64,000 bases of DNA from a virus (Duplodnaviria; Caudoviricetes). The notes beneath the pieces were generated by a model. That model searched no databases. It was not told the DNA's origin and was given only the letters and a program-made list of their open reading frames with translations. Location of the stretch: positions 4,022 to 68,021 of the IMG/VR virus record IMGVR_UViG_2974760311_000001, one strand, 5' to 3'. Shown here piece after piece: positions 63,343 to 64,000 of this stretch. The position numbers and the translations under genes are program-made. Within the stretch, counting starts at the first letter, position 1. Each line of letters begins with the position of its first letter.

Positions 63343-63372
63343 AAGGTACATGCCCTGTACTCACGCGCGCAA
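63343..63372 (-). promoter_or_regulatory. Sigma-A-like promoter
   Basis: TTGCGC-18-TACCTT, containing the perfect palindrome GTACA-TGCCC-TGTAC. Confidence 0.7.
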
Positions 63373-63420
63373 CACACGGGATAGGTAAGCGTCGAAAGCG
63401 CTGGTCACCGGTGAGCGCTC

Positions 63421-63599
63421 AGGCCGTCGCTAAGCGGCCTACACACACAGCCAGACACACAGCCGTAGTGACCCGACATTCCAGCCAGGGGGAGCGCCAG
63501 GCCGTCGCTAAGGCCGTCGCTAAGCCAGGCCGTCGCTACCGGGCACAGCACAGCCGCTACCGGGCACAGCACAGCGCCAGGCCGTCGCTAAGCGGCCTA
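63421..63599. repeat. Right-end repeat cluster
   Basis: AGGCCGTCGCTA at 63421, 63499, 63511, 63527, 63579; CGCTACCGGGCACAGCACAGC tandem x2 (63534-63575). Confidence 0.85.
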
Positions 63600-63733
63600 C
63601 GCCAGCGCTACCGGTACGCAAGGGCACGCGCCAGGCAGCAACGTAGGCCAGCGCGCTAGGGGAGCGGCTAAGCGGGACCTAAGCGGCTAGGCCAGGCCAG
63701 CGGTTGCTAAGCACAGTGTGGCGCAAGTCACGC

Positions 63734-63762
63734 TTGACATACCCAAGCGCACCCGGTATCAT
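63734..63762 (+). promoter_or_regulatory. Near-consensus sigma-A promoter pointing toward the genome end
   Basis: TTGACA-17-TATCAT. Confidence 0.75.
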
Positions 63763-64000
63763 GCCCGCCCTTAGCGCCAGCAAACACGCACCCAAGTTAG
63801 CTGACCCGCACCCAACCCATTGTTTACGGCCTAACGCACAAAACCGCAGGTCAGCGCGTGCCGGCTAAGGACGAAACCTGTGACTCACTCGCGGCCCGCC
63901 CCGGTGGGCTAAGGCCAGCTAACCGCGTTTCCGCAGGTCAGAGGCCCGAACCCCCTGGGGGGTGCCCCCGAGCGGCCCGCCGACGCCGCCTCGAACGGCC

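Overview
Near-complete genome of a temperate, long-tailed (siphovirus) actinobacteriophage, mycobacteriophage-like (LysB, Lsr2, three WhiB proteins, mycobacteriophage-type minor tail genes). The window starts inside the probable portal gene. Layout: head/tail structural operon with a GGGAAAG -1 frameshift chaperone and a 1643-aa tape measure (1-20.3 kb); lysis cassette (20.3-23.9 kb); short leftward cassette (nucleotidyltransferase, Lsr2); attP + tyrosine integrase, repressor/Cro/excise switch (26-29.5 kb); long rightward early/replication/accessory arm (29.5-58.6 kb) with recombination and replication genes, a Prs-like + Nampt-like pair, PNK/phosphatase, RNA ligase and a tRNA cluster; leftward right-end genes driven by sigma-A-like promoters. 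Most notable items read directly from the sequence: (1) a Ro60-like (DUF2828-type, vWA) gene followed by three stem-closed RNA units sharing a CAGCAAT motif, the middle one containing a complete circularly permuted tRNA fold (YrlA/Y-RNA-like); (2) a ~450-nt highly structured intergenic RNA ending in a tRNA-like acceptor/T domain; (3) an attP core matching only a tRNA-Lys(UUU) anticodon arm, plus a separate phage tRNA-Lys(UUU) that could replace the disrupted host gene; (4) a NARP1-like NAD+ reconstitution pair and two ADP-ribosyltransferase-like genes; (5) three distinct repeated regulatory motifs. Family assignments come from motif recognition by eye; no database searches were run.
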